A stretch of 64,000 nucleotides of DNA from positions 173,166,001-173,230,000 of the forward strand of contig OZ024740.1 of the NCBI GenBank assembly GCA_964016885.1. The letters are read 5' to 3'. The position numbers and the translations under genes were made by a program. The notes under the pieces were generated by a model. That model had not been told where the DNA came from. It worked only from the letters and a program-made list of their open reading frames with translations, and did not search any database. This DNA is from Eledone cirrhosa (Eukaryota). This document shows positions 38,301 through 52,008 of the stretch, piece after piece. Position 1 is the first letter of the stretch. Each line of letters starts with the position of its first letter.

Positions 38301-41300
38301 ATCATGGAAAAACATGTAAAATGGTGATGATATATATATATGTATATATATATCATCATCATCACCATTTAAAGTCCATTTTCCATGCTAGCATGGACGA
38401 GCTGTCCCATTGTGAGGTAAACCAAGTTAGATGATTGTGTCTTGCTCATACAGAACTTTGGCTTGGTTTCTATAGCAGGATGCCCTTCCTAATGCCAACC
38501 ACATTTACAGTGTGTACTCGGTGCTTTTTGATTGATACCTACATGACCACTTTACAATGTAGACAGGTACTTTTTATTGTGACCCATACACGGCCACTTT
38601 ACAGTGTGGACTGGGTGCTTTTTGTTGTGACACCTACGTGACCACTTTACAGTGTAGACTGGGGAGTTCGGTAGGAGAGGTAAATCTAGGGGCATGGGTG
38701 AGGGATGGGATGATAGGACATGGGTAAAGTGTTATGATGTGGGTGGGGGTGTTAGGATATGTGGTGTATGGAGGGGGTGATGGAGAAGATTAAGATGCTA
38801 ATACCTTTCGTATATTGGACATTAGCATGACTGAATGGTTATGAAATTTGGTTCATAATCCTGTAGTTCTGGGTTTAATCCCACTGCATGATATCTTAAG
38901 CAAGTGTCTTTTAGAATAACTTCAGATTAAGCCGGGCCTGTAAGTGTAATTGAGTAAATGTAAACTGTGAAAACATGGACATATTGTATCATATTGACTC
39001 AGCTTGGGAATTATATTAAAGGTACACATTCCTGTGGAATACTCAATTATTTACAAATTAATTTAATGCATAGGATGCTCAGATGATCAAACAAATGAAC
39101 GCTTATTGTTAAAATTAACAGAGGATCCATCATCTTTCATACAGAAATAAAAGTCCTGGTTTTGCAATCAGAAATCAGGCAAATAAAAACACTGTAAACA
39201 AGGCCAATAGTTTAGATATCTCAAATTACTATTGTCATTATCACCATTATCATCAGTAGCATTGTTATCAAAACTGTGTAGATTTATAACTTACAATCTA
39301 AAATGGTTTGTTTTTTGATTGGTACAAGGACTAACACTTATAAGAAAGCTAATATTTATAAAGGAAAGTATCTCCTTATATGGAAAAAAGGAGCATCACT
39401 AACAAATGTTTAAGGCCGTTTTCCCTGATAAAGCATGGGTTAGTCTTGTAGACCCCGTGGCAGTCTTCATACAGATAATGGGGTTCTTTTTGAGACAATG
39501 TTTTAAAGCTAGCTGCCCTTCATGACACCAATTTTTTTAATCGCCTCTTACAATACACTATAATATGCTATACCTGTGTTTCTTTGATTTTTGTATGAAA
39601 AACAAATTAAATTAACAAATGAAAATATTTCATGAAACCTAAATCTGTCTTCCGAGCATTTTAGAGATGGTGATATTACATCCAATGTTATAATTATAAA
39701 CAAAATAACACAAATTGATATTTAAGATGAAACTATATAATTTAAAAACAGTTGGACCTAGAAATGTATATCTACTGTTATATTTCCATAAGATTAGAAT
39801 TGTATGCTGGAAAAAAAATAATTAACATAGACTAAATGTCAAACAAAATTCATATTGAATACTTTTGACTTTCATATCTCTGGGATCAATAAACCAGTAC
39901 CAGTAATACACTGTAGTAAAAATCAAATGACAATACCTCACTTCTGTAAAAATAATTTGCCATGTCATGATGTAAAAAATAAATACATACATGAATAAAT
40001 AAATGAAATAAATTCAAATATTATTGAAAAAGATTTCGACCAAACCAAAGATGATAATTGTGCTATCATATAAAGAGACTTAAAATATTACTAGCAAATC
40101 TGTGGCAGTTGAAACAAGTCGATCATAGGATATAGCACATTTGTATGCTTGATTCAACAAAAAGAGATTAATAAAGTAAGTACTGAGGTTGATATGATTG
40201 GCTAAAACCCCTTCAAGGTAGTGCCCCAGCGTGGCTGCAGCTAATGACTGAAACCAGTAAAAGAATAAAAGATATTTAACCAATTTTAGAGTTGTCATTA
40301 ACATCTATGTGGCATCATTGATTTTGTCAAAGATTTGACATTAAACAAGTCCTCCAGAAAACTATACAAAATTATTTTGCATGTCTTCATATAATTGTTT
40401 GCTTTGTTGTTGTTGTTGTTGTTGTTTTCTTTATATTTCTTCAGTTTTTTATCCTACTTTCTCCTTCTTATTATTTGTTATTGTTATATATTTTGTTATC
40501 TTGATTATTACCATAAAAACATCATCAACATCGTCGTCATAGGTGTTCATCATTTATAGTTGTTACAACTGTGATAACAATAACCATTATCCCTCTTAAC
40601 ACTTAACAAACTGTCATAAACTGGCCCTGGTTCTTTATTACAAAAATGCTTGTTCTAAAGTCCTTCTGTGAACTTATGTTCCAAATACCAACTTGATAAT
40701 AACAAAATCCCTCCAAATTCTTGAATATTTTCAAAATTATTTTAAAATTTTAGACAGTGGTTTTCATTATAATATGATAACAAAAGGGTTAATGTGTCTT
40801 TTAAAACTTTATTGAAATAATCTTCAAAATGCTAATGGTTATTATTGCTAATATTCTTAAGATTGTCAAGAACAATTGGAGTGGTAGTAATTATGGAATG
40901 GAAGGCAATCCATCGGTTATGTTGATGAGTGTTCCAGTTGATCCAATCAACAGAACAGCCTGCTCATGTAACTAACATGCAAGTGGTTGAGCATTCCACA
41001 AACATGCGTACCCTTAACGTAGTTCTCAGGGAGATTCAGCATGACACAGAATGTGAGCCAAATTCCCTAACCACAAAGCCACAGGCCTTCACTAATAATT
41101 ATATAGTGTTCACTAAATGTGTTCTGACTTTGCTAAGATTTGTAAATATATTGCTGCATAAATGTATCGTAGGCTTCATTCAGTTGACTCAACAAATGTC
41201 TATCATACAAACTTTTGCTTTGGGATCAGTGTAAGAAATTATCATTACCATCATTAGGGTGGTGGATTCGGAGTATTAGTTGAACATCAAACATGCTTTG

Positions 41301-42243
41301 TGACATATAGTTACAACCCCTTTCATTCTGAGTTCTAATCCTGCTGAGGTAGGCTTTGCTTTTCATTCTTATGGAGTCAATAAAATAAAATCCTAGTAAC
41401 ATACTGGGGTCGATTTAATCGACTTTCCCTTCCCTTCAAAATGCTGGCCTGGTGCCAAAAGTAGTAACAATCATTTTTAGAGCAGTAGATTGGCAGTATC
41501 AGTAGAGCGTCAGACAACATGCTTTGCAGCATTTAGTTATGTCACTTTACATTCTGAGTTCAAATCTTACCAAGTTTAAAATAAAGTAATGCACTGGGAT
41601 CAATTTAATGGACTTTCCATAGGTAAGGGTTGGCGTGAATATTAAATTGAAGATTGCGAGTTTGGCTTTTACACCTACGTCTCTTCTTCTGATGACTAGA
41701 TGCTGAAAGTGGCATAAAATTGCGCTAGATCCTGCAATTCTTGCACTTAATTCAGCCTCCTGCTTTCATCATTCGTGAATTGTTAGTGTTAGGTTAGATG
41801 CCATATGGTGTTCATTCTGGCTCTTTGTGTTCTGAGTTCTAGGGTGGTAAATTTAATCTATTGACTGGTTTAACACTACAATGTGGTCCTTGGGGTCTTT
41901 GAATTGACAATAACTTCCTTCTTCCCCTCCCCCAGTCTCAGGCTCCCAAAAAATAGAGGGTTATGGTTACTCCCCTTCCCTCCTTAACTAAGCAATAAAA
42001 TAACAAGGTTATGGTAGCTCAATACCAATTATAGTTATATGGTCAGAGTTAAATAGCTTTGTTAGGGACAGAGTCAAGATATATTTATGACATGTGCACT
42101 GTTAACCCTTTCATTAGCATATTTCTAATGAAATACACTGCTTATGATTTTCAAATAATTTTGAAAATAATCAAGAATTTGGAGAGCTTTAGTAATATAA
42201 CTAACTTTCTTAGTATTAAGTTGGTATTTGCAACATAACTTAA

Positions 42244-42457
42244 CCCTTTAATGTTCAAACCGGCCAAAACCGGCCAGAATTCTCTACCTGTTGAAACTGA
42301 CTGTAACTGGCCACTCATACTGATGTTAAGGTATTGTTCTCAAAATAAATATTTTCAAAATCTCATAGATTCGATATTATGTGAGATAATTATGCGAAGT
42401 AAAGCCTTTACCAAGAAAATATAATTGTATATATAGAGTAATGTGAATGCTAAAGGG
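42244..42457. mobile_element. TTAA MITE family B nested in a family A MITE
   Basis: Reverse complement of 21403-21612, with TTAA at 42240-42243 and 42458-42461. Confidence 0.85.
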
Positions 42458-43649
42458 TTAAAGGTTCTTACATAGAATTAGGATGAAGTTTTTTTTTAGA
42501 TAAATATAAACACTTTAAAACAAACAGTTTGGTATCAACTAAGTTAATGTTTTGGATAGTTAGTCAGAATCCTGTCAACCTGGCCAGCTGTGAATTTTCT
42601 GACATTGTTATTTATAAGTTAGTTTATCTGTTTATGGTTTAGGATGGTTAAATGAAACCAATAATTATTTTCATTTTGATTAGATTGCTACATCTGTTGT
42701 CAATTTTTAAATCCCCACTTTTAAATTCCAACTTTATTTTAAAGTGTTTATATTTATCTGGAAAAACTTTCCATCATAATTTTATCTAAGAACCTTTGTT
42801 AAATTATGCTCCAAATGCCAACTTAATAATGAGAATGTTAGTTTTATTACTAAATCTCTCCAAATTCTTCATTATTTTCAAAATACATCAGCAGCCCGTC
42901 TGAGGAGGGAGTCTCATGAGGTGGGGTGGCTGTTGCAGCGGTGTCACTGACCATTTTCCGCAGGAATGCCTTTGTGGTCTTGTCCGCAGGGCACAGCCCC
43001 AATACCACCATGCCCTAGGACTAGAGCCCACCCGCCTCCCCCTCCCATTCTTCTTTGACTCTAGAGCCCTTGCTTTTCCCTTTCTTTTTCATTTTCATAA
43101 CCACAAAAAACACTTGCACTTCTGCTTTTCAAAATTATTTGAAAATCATTGGCAGTGTATTTTATTAAAAATAAGATTAAGTTTGAAAAGTAAGTTAAAA
43201 TGAGGAAATGCAATTCTTTGTTCAAAATTGAGACTAAGGTTGCAATCTTAACAAAAGTTGTATGGTTTTTAAGATCAAAAATACATATATAAGGTAAGTG
43301 AAAATAGATTCTCTGAAACTAATATTAAGAAATGTTAATAGCTTTGGTGAGGAGTGGGGAGGACTAAAGCAGCAAAGATCTTAAAAGAGTTTTTTTTTAA
43401 ATTATAGACACAGCTTATAAGCACCAAAAATCCACGTATGCACATGCCTGTCCTGCTTGCTAGCAAGGTGTTGGATGGGCCTTCACAGACTGAGTCAGTA
43501 CTCAAGTAGAACTATTGAAGTATGAGATGGGACAGAGGCCTGCATCTTGCTTACATAAGTTCCTGCAGTCTATTGAGGACATTTTAATGTGGCACCAGCA
43601 TTAAGGAGGTAAGATGCCTTTGACACAGCCGCAGAGTCCCACTGACCTG

Positions 43650-44060
43650 TTGTTTGGCAGGTTTCTATCATCATCTATTTTATGCACTAGTCAACATCAA
43701 GGCCTCAGGCATACTTGGACCCTATACTGCTGAGCTCCTCTGCCAGATCGGAGCGTCGGTGGCCCATCTGAGGAGGGAGCCCCGTGGGGAAGGGTGGCTG
43801 TTGCAGCGGGTGTCACTGGTCATCATCCGTAGGAATACTTTTGCCGTCTTGTCTGCGGGGCGCAGCACTTCTGCCCTAGGCCCCCTCACCTCTCCCCTCT
43901 CTTCTGCAACACCAGGGCTCTTGCCATCCCATCCCCCTACCGTTCTTTTTCTTCTTTCTTTCTCTATTTTTTCTCTATTTTTCCTTATTTTTCTTTCCTC
44001 TTGTTTCCCTTCTTTTTTATTTAATTATTGCCGTTATTATAGTTGTCATTATTATTATTA
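43650..44060 (+). mobile_element. CRE/SLACS-clade non-LTR retrotransposon 3' fragment (shorter copy at 42893-43085)
   Basis: GPYTAELLCQIG...REPRGEGWLLQRVSLVIIRRN matches the CRE-type endonuclease C-terminus (W/F-L-x-QR-x-S...RGN); pyrimidine-rich 3' UTR. Confidence 0.7.
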
Positions 44061-44160
44061 TAAAATAAAGTGCCAGTAATACACTGGGATAATTGCTGGC
44101 CTTGTGCCAAAAGTAGAAACAATTATTATTATTATTATTATTATTATTGTTACTGTAAAA

Positions 44161-44380
44161 AGGGCAGTGGATTGGCAGTATCGGTAGAGGGTCGGATGCC
44201 TTGCTTTGCAGCAAAGAGTTACGGCTCTTTATGATCTGAGTTCAAATCCCGCCGAGGTTAACTTTGCCTTTCATCCTTACGGGGTCGATAAATAAAGTAC
44301 CAGTCATGCACTGGGGTCGATTTAATCGACTTTCCCCTCTTCCAAAATTGCTGGCCTTGTGCCTATATAAGAAACCATTT
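44161..44380 (+). mobile_element. Full-length tRNA-derived SINE (long variant) with 13-bp TSD
   Basis: A box TGGCAGTATCGG, B box GAGTTCAAATCC, central GCCTTTCATCCTTACGGGGTCGATAAA; TSD TTGTTACTGTAAA 44147-44159 / 44381-44393. Confidence 0.9.
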
Positions 44381-44780
44381 TTGTTACTGTAAATAATATC
44401 ACGTTTATACAATTTTACAAAATGTACTTGGTGCATTTATCATATAGATCACCAACACTCAGGAGGTTGTCATGTCTTTGATGCAACTGAAAAGTCCTGA
44501 TCTTTTGTTGGCAAGCTTTCTACCAGAAGATGGTCTTCCTACCACCAACCACTTTACAAAGTATGCAGGGTTCTTATATATGTGCACAAGCATGTACATA
44601 CATACACACATATACATTACCCTACACATAACTCCAGTACTATATGTTTTTGAATATTTTTCATATCATTTATCAGGTTATGTGCAATATGATACATTTG
44701 TGTGTGTGTGTGGTGTGTATGTGTACATATGTATGTATACATATATATAATTATGTATATTTATATATGTATGTGTGTGT

Positions 44781-45080
44781 GTTGAACAAAGAAAACAAAA
44801 AGTAAAGTTTAGTGCTTAATCAGTTCATTGTTTTACGATCGTTTCAGAAGGTTGATTAACCATGATAAACCGATAGTACTTGTGCAACTCCATATTGTTA
44901 GTCTTCATACAATAGATCCCTCTCACCATCTTCAGTAGAAACATTGTTTCCAATCTATTGTATTGAGATTAATAATATGGAGTTGCTAATATCGATTTTT
45001 CACGGTCAATCAACCTTCTGAAACGATCGTAAAATTAACTAATTAAGCACAAAACTTCACCTTTTGATTTCATTGTTCAA
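44781..45080. repeat. Imperfect inverted repeat (about 135-bp arms) between (TG)n and (CA)n, with decayed HHR on the minus strand
   Basis: TTTTACGATCGTTTCAGAAGGTTGATT mirrored by AATCAACCTTCTGAAACGATCGTAAAA; GCAACTCCATATT mirrored by AATATGGAGTTGC. Confidence 0.88.
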
Positions 45081-45081
45081 C

Positions 45082-45171
<90 letters not shown>

Positions 45172-45202
45172 CGGACGTAAAATGATTTTATATATATATA
45201 TA

Positions 45203-46659
45203 CTAGCAGTGGTACCCGGCGTTGCACGGGATAAGGTTTTTTTGGAACGCGAGCTGCCAACAGACCTAATCGTGGAAAAACTGCATGCGTGGACAATATG
45301 TAAAGAAAATAAACCGAATACTTTGATGGCTGGATAATCTTTAAGATTTTCTTCGATGAAGCAGGAAAAGTGCAGGTGTTCACCTAATGAGGGCCCTAGG
45401 AGATCAAGAAAATGAATTTTTTTATGTGCATAATATGCCTTGAAATCTCGGGAAAATCGGCTAGACGTAACGCCTCAAAAAAGCCCTAAAAAGCTGAAAA
45501 ATGAACTTTTTCACCTAATGCGGGCCCTAGACCATAAAAAAGTTGAATTTTCATTGCCCACGATATGAAGAAGAGACTGACTAATACATAGTTACAATTT
45601 CAAGGAAATAAGTCTGACGTAATGACTCAAAAAACCCCCTAAAAACCTGAAAGAAACGAAGTTTTTCAACTAATGCGGACCCTAGGGGATCAAAAAGTTG
45701 AATTTTATGTGCATAACATTCCCTGAAACATAAGTAATACATATGTAAAGTTTGAAAAAAGTCGGTTGGATACTTCTCAAGTTTTAGGGATTCAAACTCA
45801 CAGGCACACACACACAGACAGACATCCTCAGGGAAGTGACGTAATGCAGACATCAGACATACAGACAGATATTATAAGGGCGCGACATTATATGTATGTA
45901 TCTATCTAAAAAGAGAAAGACTAAGAATTATAGAGAGAGATCGCTAAATCGCCTAATGCGGTCCCTATGGCATCGAAAATTTGAAATGTTTTTTGCTCAG
46001 AACACTCCCTGAAACATAAGTATTACATGTGTAAAGTTTGAAAACAGTAGGTTGGGTGGTTCTCGAGTTTTAGGGATTCAAACTCACACACACACAGACA
46101 TCCTCAGTTTTATATATACAGACTAGCAGAAAACCACCCGGTGGGCGGTTTTCTGCTAGCAAATCTAGTGTATATACTGATATTGTTGAGATTTGGATGA
46201 GAAATGTTTTCGGCACCACATGTTCACCGTCTCTCGGTGTGTCTTTTATGCATGTATAAATATATATGTTATCTATACGGTGAAATCTTTGAAATAAATA
46301 TATGTTAAAACGAAAAAGGAGAAAAAGAGATTAGTGACGGAAATATAAACGTTATGATACATAAACGTTATGATATAACGATGGAAATATATCTTCAAAT
46401 GGTCCTTGACATGGTGTCAAGTCAGAACCGCCTCGAACTGGTTACTTCTGGCTTGTGCAAGGTGTCTCTATAGCAACCAGCGATTCCCTCGGCCTCAGTG
46501 ACCAAAGTCAGTGGAAAGAGGAAGGTAATGTTTCTATAGCGACAGTGTTTCTCTTGGTAGTACCAAAGTGGAGAAAGGAAGGGGAAGGTAATATTTCTGT
46601 AGCACCTACATTTGAGTTTTAGGGAAGGACAGACAGACAAACAGAGAAATGCCCATATA

Positions 46660-46752
<93 letters not shown>

Positions 46753-47499
46753 CACACACAGAAATGTATATATATTTCTGTGTGTATATATATATATATT
46801 ACACACACAGAAATGTATATATATTTCTGTGTGTATATATATATATTTCTGTGTGTGTGTATATATATATATATTACACACACAGAAATGTATATATATT
46901 TCTTAGAACAAAATTAATGTTTTGCTGTTCATAACAATTGGAATTGAAAAATTACTTTTGAAATTATTAGTTATTTTACTAATGCTTAGATATGTAAAAA
47001 TGAAGCAATGTTTCTAATAATTGTTTCTACTTTTGGCACAAGGCCAGCAATTAACCAGTACATTACTGGTACTTTATTTTATCGACCCCGTGAGGATGAA
47101 AGGCAAAGTTAACCTCGGCGGTATTTGAACTCAGACCGTAAAGGGACGTAACTCCATGCTATGAAGCATGGTGTCCGACTCTCTACAGATTCTGCCAATC
47201 CACCGCCCTAATGTCTGTACGTAATGAGGGAGTGAGAGGGGAGAGAAAGAAAGGCAGAGGTGAAGTGACGAAGTGACTCTCTCCTCCTTCTCCTCCTCCA
47301 TCTCCCCATTCGTCACAGCGATAGAGGGGAGGAATATTAGTGTGTTACAAAGAGAAAGAGTGAGAGTGAGAGAAACAGACAGACTAAAAGAGAGGGATAG
47401 CTGGAGAGAGGGAGAGAGAGAGATAGCAACCACGCGCGGACGTGTTTCCACTGTCGGACAGACAGACAGAGAAATTGCTGGTTATATATTATAAGGAGA
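45203..47499 (-). mobile_element. Composite/tandem non-autonomous Helitrons
   Basis: Minus strand: A|TCTCCTTATAATA start at 47499; CTAG|TC junction at 46123/46122; 3' hairpin CCCGTGCAACGCCGGG then CTAG|T at 45203; (GTCT)n near the 5' ends; four about 150-bp subrepeats (CCTAATGCGG.CCCTAG). Confidence 0.7.
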
Positions 47500-47658
47500 T
47501 ATGTGGACGTAAAATGATGATGTCATATATGTAACATACATATGACTCGATAGTTCGTTTGAATGTTCGACGAAATCTAATATGATAATAGCCTATTACA
47601 AAAACCTCTGATCATCTGATCTCGTTGGAATTTTTACATTCGTGTTCGACGGGTAGAT

Positions 47659-47722
<64 letters not shown>

Positions 47723-48558
47723 GTCTGTGAATGTGCATGACTTAGTGGTTAGAACATTGGACTTGCAATCATGAGGTTGTGATTTAGATTCTCGGACCAG
47801 GTGGTACGTTATGTCCTTGAGCAAGATATTTTATTTCACATTGATGCAGTTTACTCAGTTGTAGAAATGAGTTGCGACGTCACAGTTGCCAAGCTGTATC
47901 GGTCATTGCCTTTCTCTTGGACGAGACGACACGATAATTATTTAAGTGAATTTATAATATAGAATTCGGTTTAAGTGCATTTCGTATTAATCATTACTAA
48001 ACATCTAATCTGAGATATTGAATATTAGCTTAAATAATTATCATGTCGTCTTGAGTTCGTTATGAGTCTCTTTTTTATAAAAGGATGCCACAGAGTGTAC
48101 GATAGATAATGATTACAATATTTTTGAGCAACAACTCTAGTCCCACACTTTTGAAGGTTTATTATAACATTCTGTGGCTCTTTTGAGCTTGCGCATTTTT
48201 CAGGTCTAGTATATTATGACTGGGTGTATAACCGTTGTTCCCTAATATTCACATAGGTAGTTGAGTCGATCGTGTATGGTACTGACAATTTTTTCAACGA
48301 TACCACGTTCTTCAAATACGTCGGTAAATTAAATAATACAACGCTGGCCAATCACGTCGTTTAGAAGCTAAACTATTTAAATGTAGAACATGACATCAAA
48401 TGGGAATTTTTAGAAAGAAACGAGTCTTATACTAGCAGGATCAAGAAATGTTGGGGTTTTTTTTATTCAGTAGACAAAATACATATATTGATAAAATTGA
48501 AAAATTCTGCTCACTATTTAAACATTAGGACTCATATCTTCAATATATGTCCACACTT

Positions 48559-48663
<105 letters not shown>

Positions 48664-48711
48664 AAGATGAATAATAAATGAAAGTGCTTTTATAAAGGAA
48701 TTTATTAGGTA

Positions 48712-50364
48712 CTAGCAGTAAAGCCCGGCGTTGCTCGGGGTCGCTCAGTAGCTGTGTTAAAGTTACAATGTTAAGTTTCTTTTTTGGCTTAAAAACTGTA
48801 GTGTCTACTGTGCAGACTTGCATGTGGTGTTTTTGATTAATATTCCCTCAACCAACAATATGCCTTATGAAGTTAAGAAAACATAACGATAACCCGAATG
48901 TTATAACAAAAGAGGAAATATTTGCTTGTTTTACGTAGTCTTTAAATAGACTTGTTTTCAAGTAAAAATATTGTTTTAAAAGGCTTTTAAATGGAAATGA
49001 AGCAAAACGGAAGCTTAGTGTTCGAACTGATGAATTTTGCAGGTCAAAATTTTGCTGGCTCGACAACTGTTCGTGTATTGTGTTAATGTCATTTTAAACG
49101 CTGAGAAAGCCAGCGTAATTTTTTTTATTTTTGCACGCAGAAAATGTAAACAGAACGTAAGACGCTCAATGTAAACAGAACAAAGGGAAATAACTCGTCA
49201 CTTACGCTCAAAAATCGATACATTAGATTCGATTTCGTCACATAGGGTGGGTCAATTTGAAATATTTTTTTCCGATGTCTTCGCTAGGGCTCAATGTACA
49301 AGTATAGCAATTTCGGTGCAATTCCGTCAGAGATTCTAAGAGGAGATGTGTGCCAAAACTTGATAGACAGACAGACAACCACAGCTTTATATATATAGAT
49401 AAGAACAAAGGGAAATAACTCGTCACTTACACTCAAAAATCGATACATTAGATTCGATTTCGTCACATAGGGTGGGTCAATTTGAAATATTTTTTTTCCG
49501 ATGTCTTCGCTAGGGCTCAATATACAAGTATAGCAATTTCGGTGCAATTCCGTCAGAGATTCTAAGAGGAGATGTGTGCCAAAAATCGATAGACAGACAG
49601 ACAACCACAGCTTTATATATATAGAGGACATAATCAAAAACAAGAACTTATTTGAAAATTTATTTGACCGATGGTTCTGCCGGACCTTCATCTATAAGTG
49701 TAGCAATTTCACCGAAATTTGAACGTACGGTTTAAGAGGAGATGTGTGCCGAAGGTTTTAGTAGACAGACAGACAACCTCAGTTTTATATATATAGATAA
49801 GAACAAAGGGAAATAACTCGTCACTTACGCTCAAAAATCGATACATTAGATTCGATTTCGTCACATAGGGTGGGTCAATTTGAAATATTTTTTTTCCGAT
49901 GTCTTCGCTAGGGCTCAATGTACAAGTATAGCAATTTCGGTGCAATTCCGTCAGAGATTCTAAGAGGAGATGTGTGCCAAAAATCGATAGACAGACAGAC
50001 AACCACAGCTTTATATATATAGATGACATAATTAAAAACAAGAACTTATTTGAAAATTTATTTGACCGATGGTTCCGCCGGACCTTCATCTATAAGTGTA
50101 GCAATTTCACCGAAATTTGAACGTACGGTTTAGGAGATGTGAGCCGAAGGTTTTAGTAGACAGACAGACAACCTCAGTTTTATATATATAGATGACATAA
50201 TCAAAAACAAGAACTTATTTGAAAATTTATTTGACCGATGGTTCCACCGGACCTTCATCTATAAGTGTAGCAATTTCACCGAAATTTGAACGTACGGTTT
50301 AAGAGGAGATGTGAGCCGAAGGTTTTAGTAGACAGACAGACAACCTCAGTTTTATATATATAGA
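48712..50364 (-). mobile_element. Non-autonomous Helitron with six tandem 5' termini
   Basis: A|TCTATATATATAAAACTGAGG start, CCCGAGCAACGCCGGG hairpin plus CTAG|T end, no TSD; internal about 220-bp and 170-bp units in order A A B A B B. Confidence 0.88.
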
Positions 50365-50400
50365 TTGACATATGTTTCTGTAAATTCAGAATTTATCCAA

Positions 50401-50518
50401 TATCTCTGAAGAAGTGACAACTGATTATACATTTGCTATCGAATACTTGCTAACATTATATGATTACGCAAGCAGCGATACATAGGTATTCCGTCTGTTA
50501 CAGAAACATATGTCAATA
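50401..50518 (+). ncRNA. Type I hammerhead ribozyme-like motif (long stem II, weak stem I)
   Basis: CTGAAGA 50406-50412; GTGACA/TGTTAC stem II; GAAA-CATAT-GTC with palindromic stem III ACATATGT. Confidence 0.55.
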
Positions 50519-51159
50519 CCTAATAAATTCCTTTATAAAAGCACTTTCATTTTATATTCATCTTTTCTACATTTTCTCCGGAATATAATTTATACTCGTT
50601 GAGCAAACCTACACGTACGCTGTTCATCTCTAACGTGACGAAATATTATCACTACATTATTGATAACTTGAAATTTTTATATATATATATATATCGACCT
50701 TCAGACTGACACTGCTTTGACTGATACACTCCCTTCCCTGTATATATCACTCGCATGTATGTGGTTGCGCGTGTGTGTGTGTTTATACGCGTGCTTTCAT
50801 ACTTGTGTGTGTATATATTTCAATCCTTAATACCTGAGTCTGGATGTACGTTAACTCTATTATCTTACAATTTCTTTTTCAACATATATTATCTACGTAT
50901 TTGTGGTCACACATACACTGATATGATTGCCCTCATATATGTACTTACACACACATTTTTTCACTATACACATGCATTTGTACATACATACATATGTACA
51001 TATGTGAGTGAATATACACACATTTATACACATACCCTAACTATATTTCCTTATTTTATTTTTATATATCTCTTGCATTACTTTTACTTATATATTTCTT
51101 TTGCCCGTTAAACTTTTGCCTTTCTTGAGGAGATTGTTCAAATATTTCACTATGTTTTA

Positions 51160-51237
51160 AATTGCCTTGTCCGACGAACGAGTGAGGACGTTTCTTGTAT
51201 TCGTCTTATTCGGGAAACCTCTGGTAATGAGGTAATT
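51160..51237 (+). ncRNA. Type I hammerhead ribozyme motif with U4C core change
   Basis: Stem I AATTGCCTTGT/ATGAGGTAATT; CCGACGA; stem II CGAGTGAGGACG/CGTCTTATTCG; GAAA-CC-TCT-G-GTA. Confidence 0.65.
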
Positions 51238-51336
51238 ATATTGTATTGTTTATTATACATTAAATTTAGCTCTGGTACTTACTTAGAGCATTCTTCACTC
51301 CTATGACTTTTTCAATTTTCAACGGAAACTTCAATG

Positions 51337-51441
<105 letters not shown>

Positions 51442-51903
51442 CTACCTACACGAGGCTAGTCCATAGCCTAATGAACACTTGGTATCTTTCATACGCACCT
51501 GTAACGCTTTTCGTGACTGGACGGGTTTTCTCAAAACTTTGCTTATTGACAATCACATTTACATAATCTGACATAGACAAATTCTCATAAATTAGTTATT
51601 TTGTTACTTCACGCTATCTAGATAGACTTTCAGAAAATTCTAATAAGAATCATATAGACACACACATCGTTCACATACATTTATGATTTATAATTATATA
51701 GTTTATGAATTAACACTGATGCATCATAATACATTGGTCTTTAACAAAAAATTATTATTCACATAAATTAAAGACATAATACAAAAATTATAAAGTGAGT
51801 TATGCATTTGCATCATATACACGTGATATTACCTTCACTCACACGAGAACCACTATATTCAATTATATCTGAAGATTGGATTTCCACGTGTTTAAACTAC
51901 CTG

Positions 51904-51945
<42 letters not shown>

Positions 51946-51974
51946 GTTTAACGCTTGGTATAGTAGGAAAAGTA

Positions 51975-52008
51975 CCTCCGCGTTTCGGACGTTAGCCCTT
52001 CATCAAAA
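51975..52008 (-). ncRNA. Decayed hammerhead remnant
   Basis: Minus strand TTGATGA-A-GGGC-TAAC-GTCC-GAAACGCG; C3 mutated, cleavage triplet and stem I lost. Confidence 0.45.

Noticed and set aside
41685-41720. CTGATGA...GAAA hammerhead look-alike
   Set aside because: Stems I, II and III cannot be paired convincingly
44161-44255. tRNA gene-like A/B boxes
   Set aside because: SINE head; no cloverleaf and continuous with the SINE body
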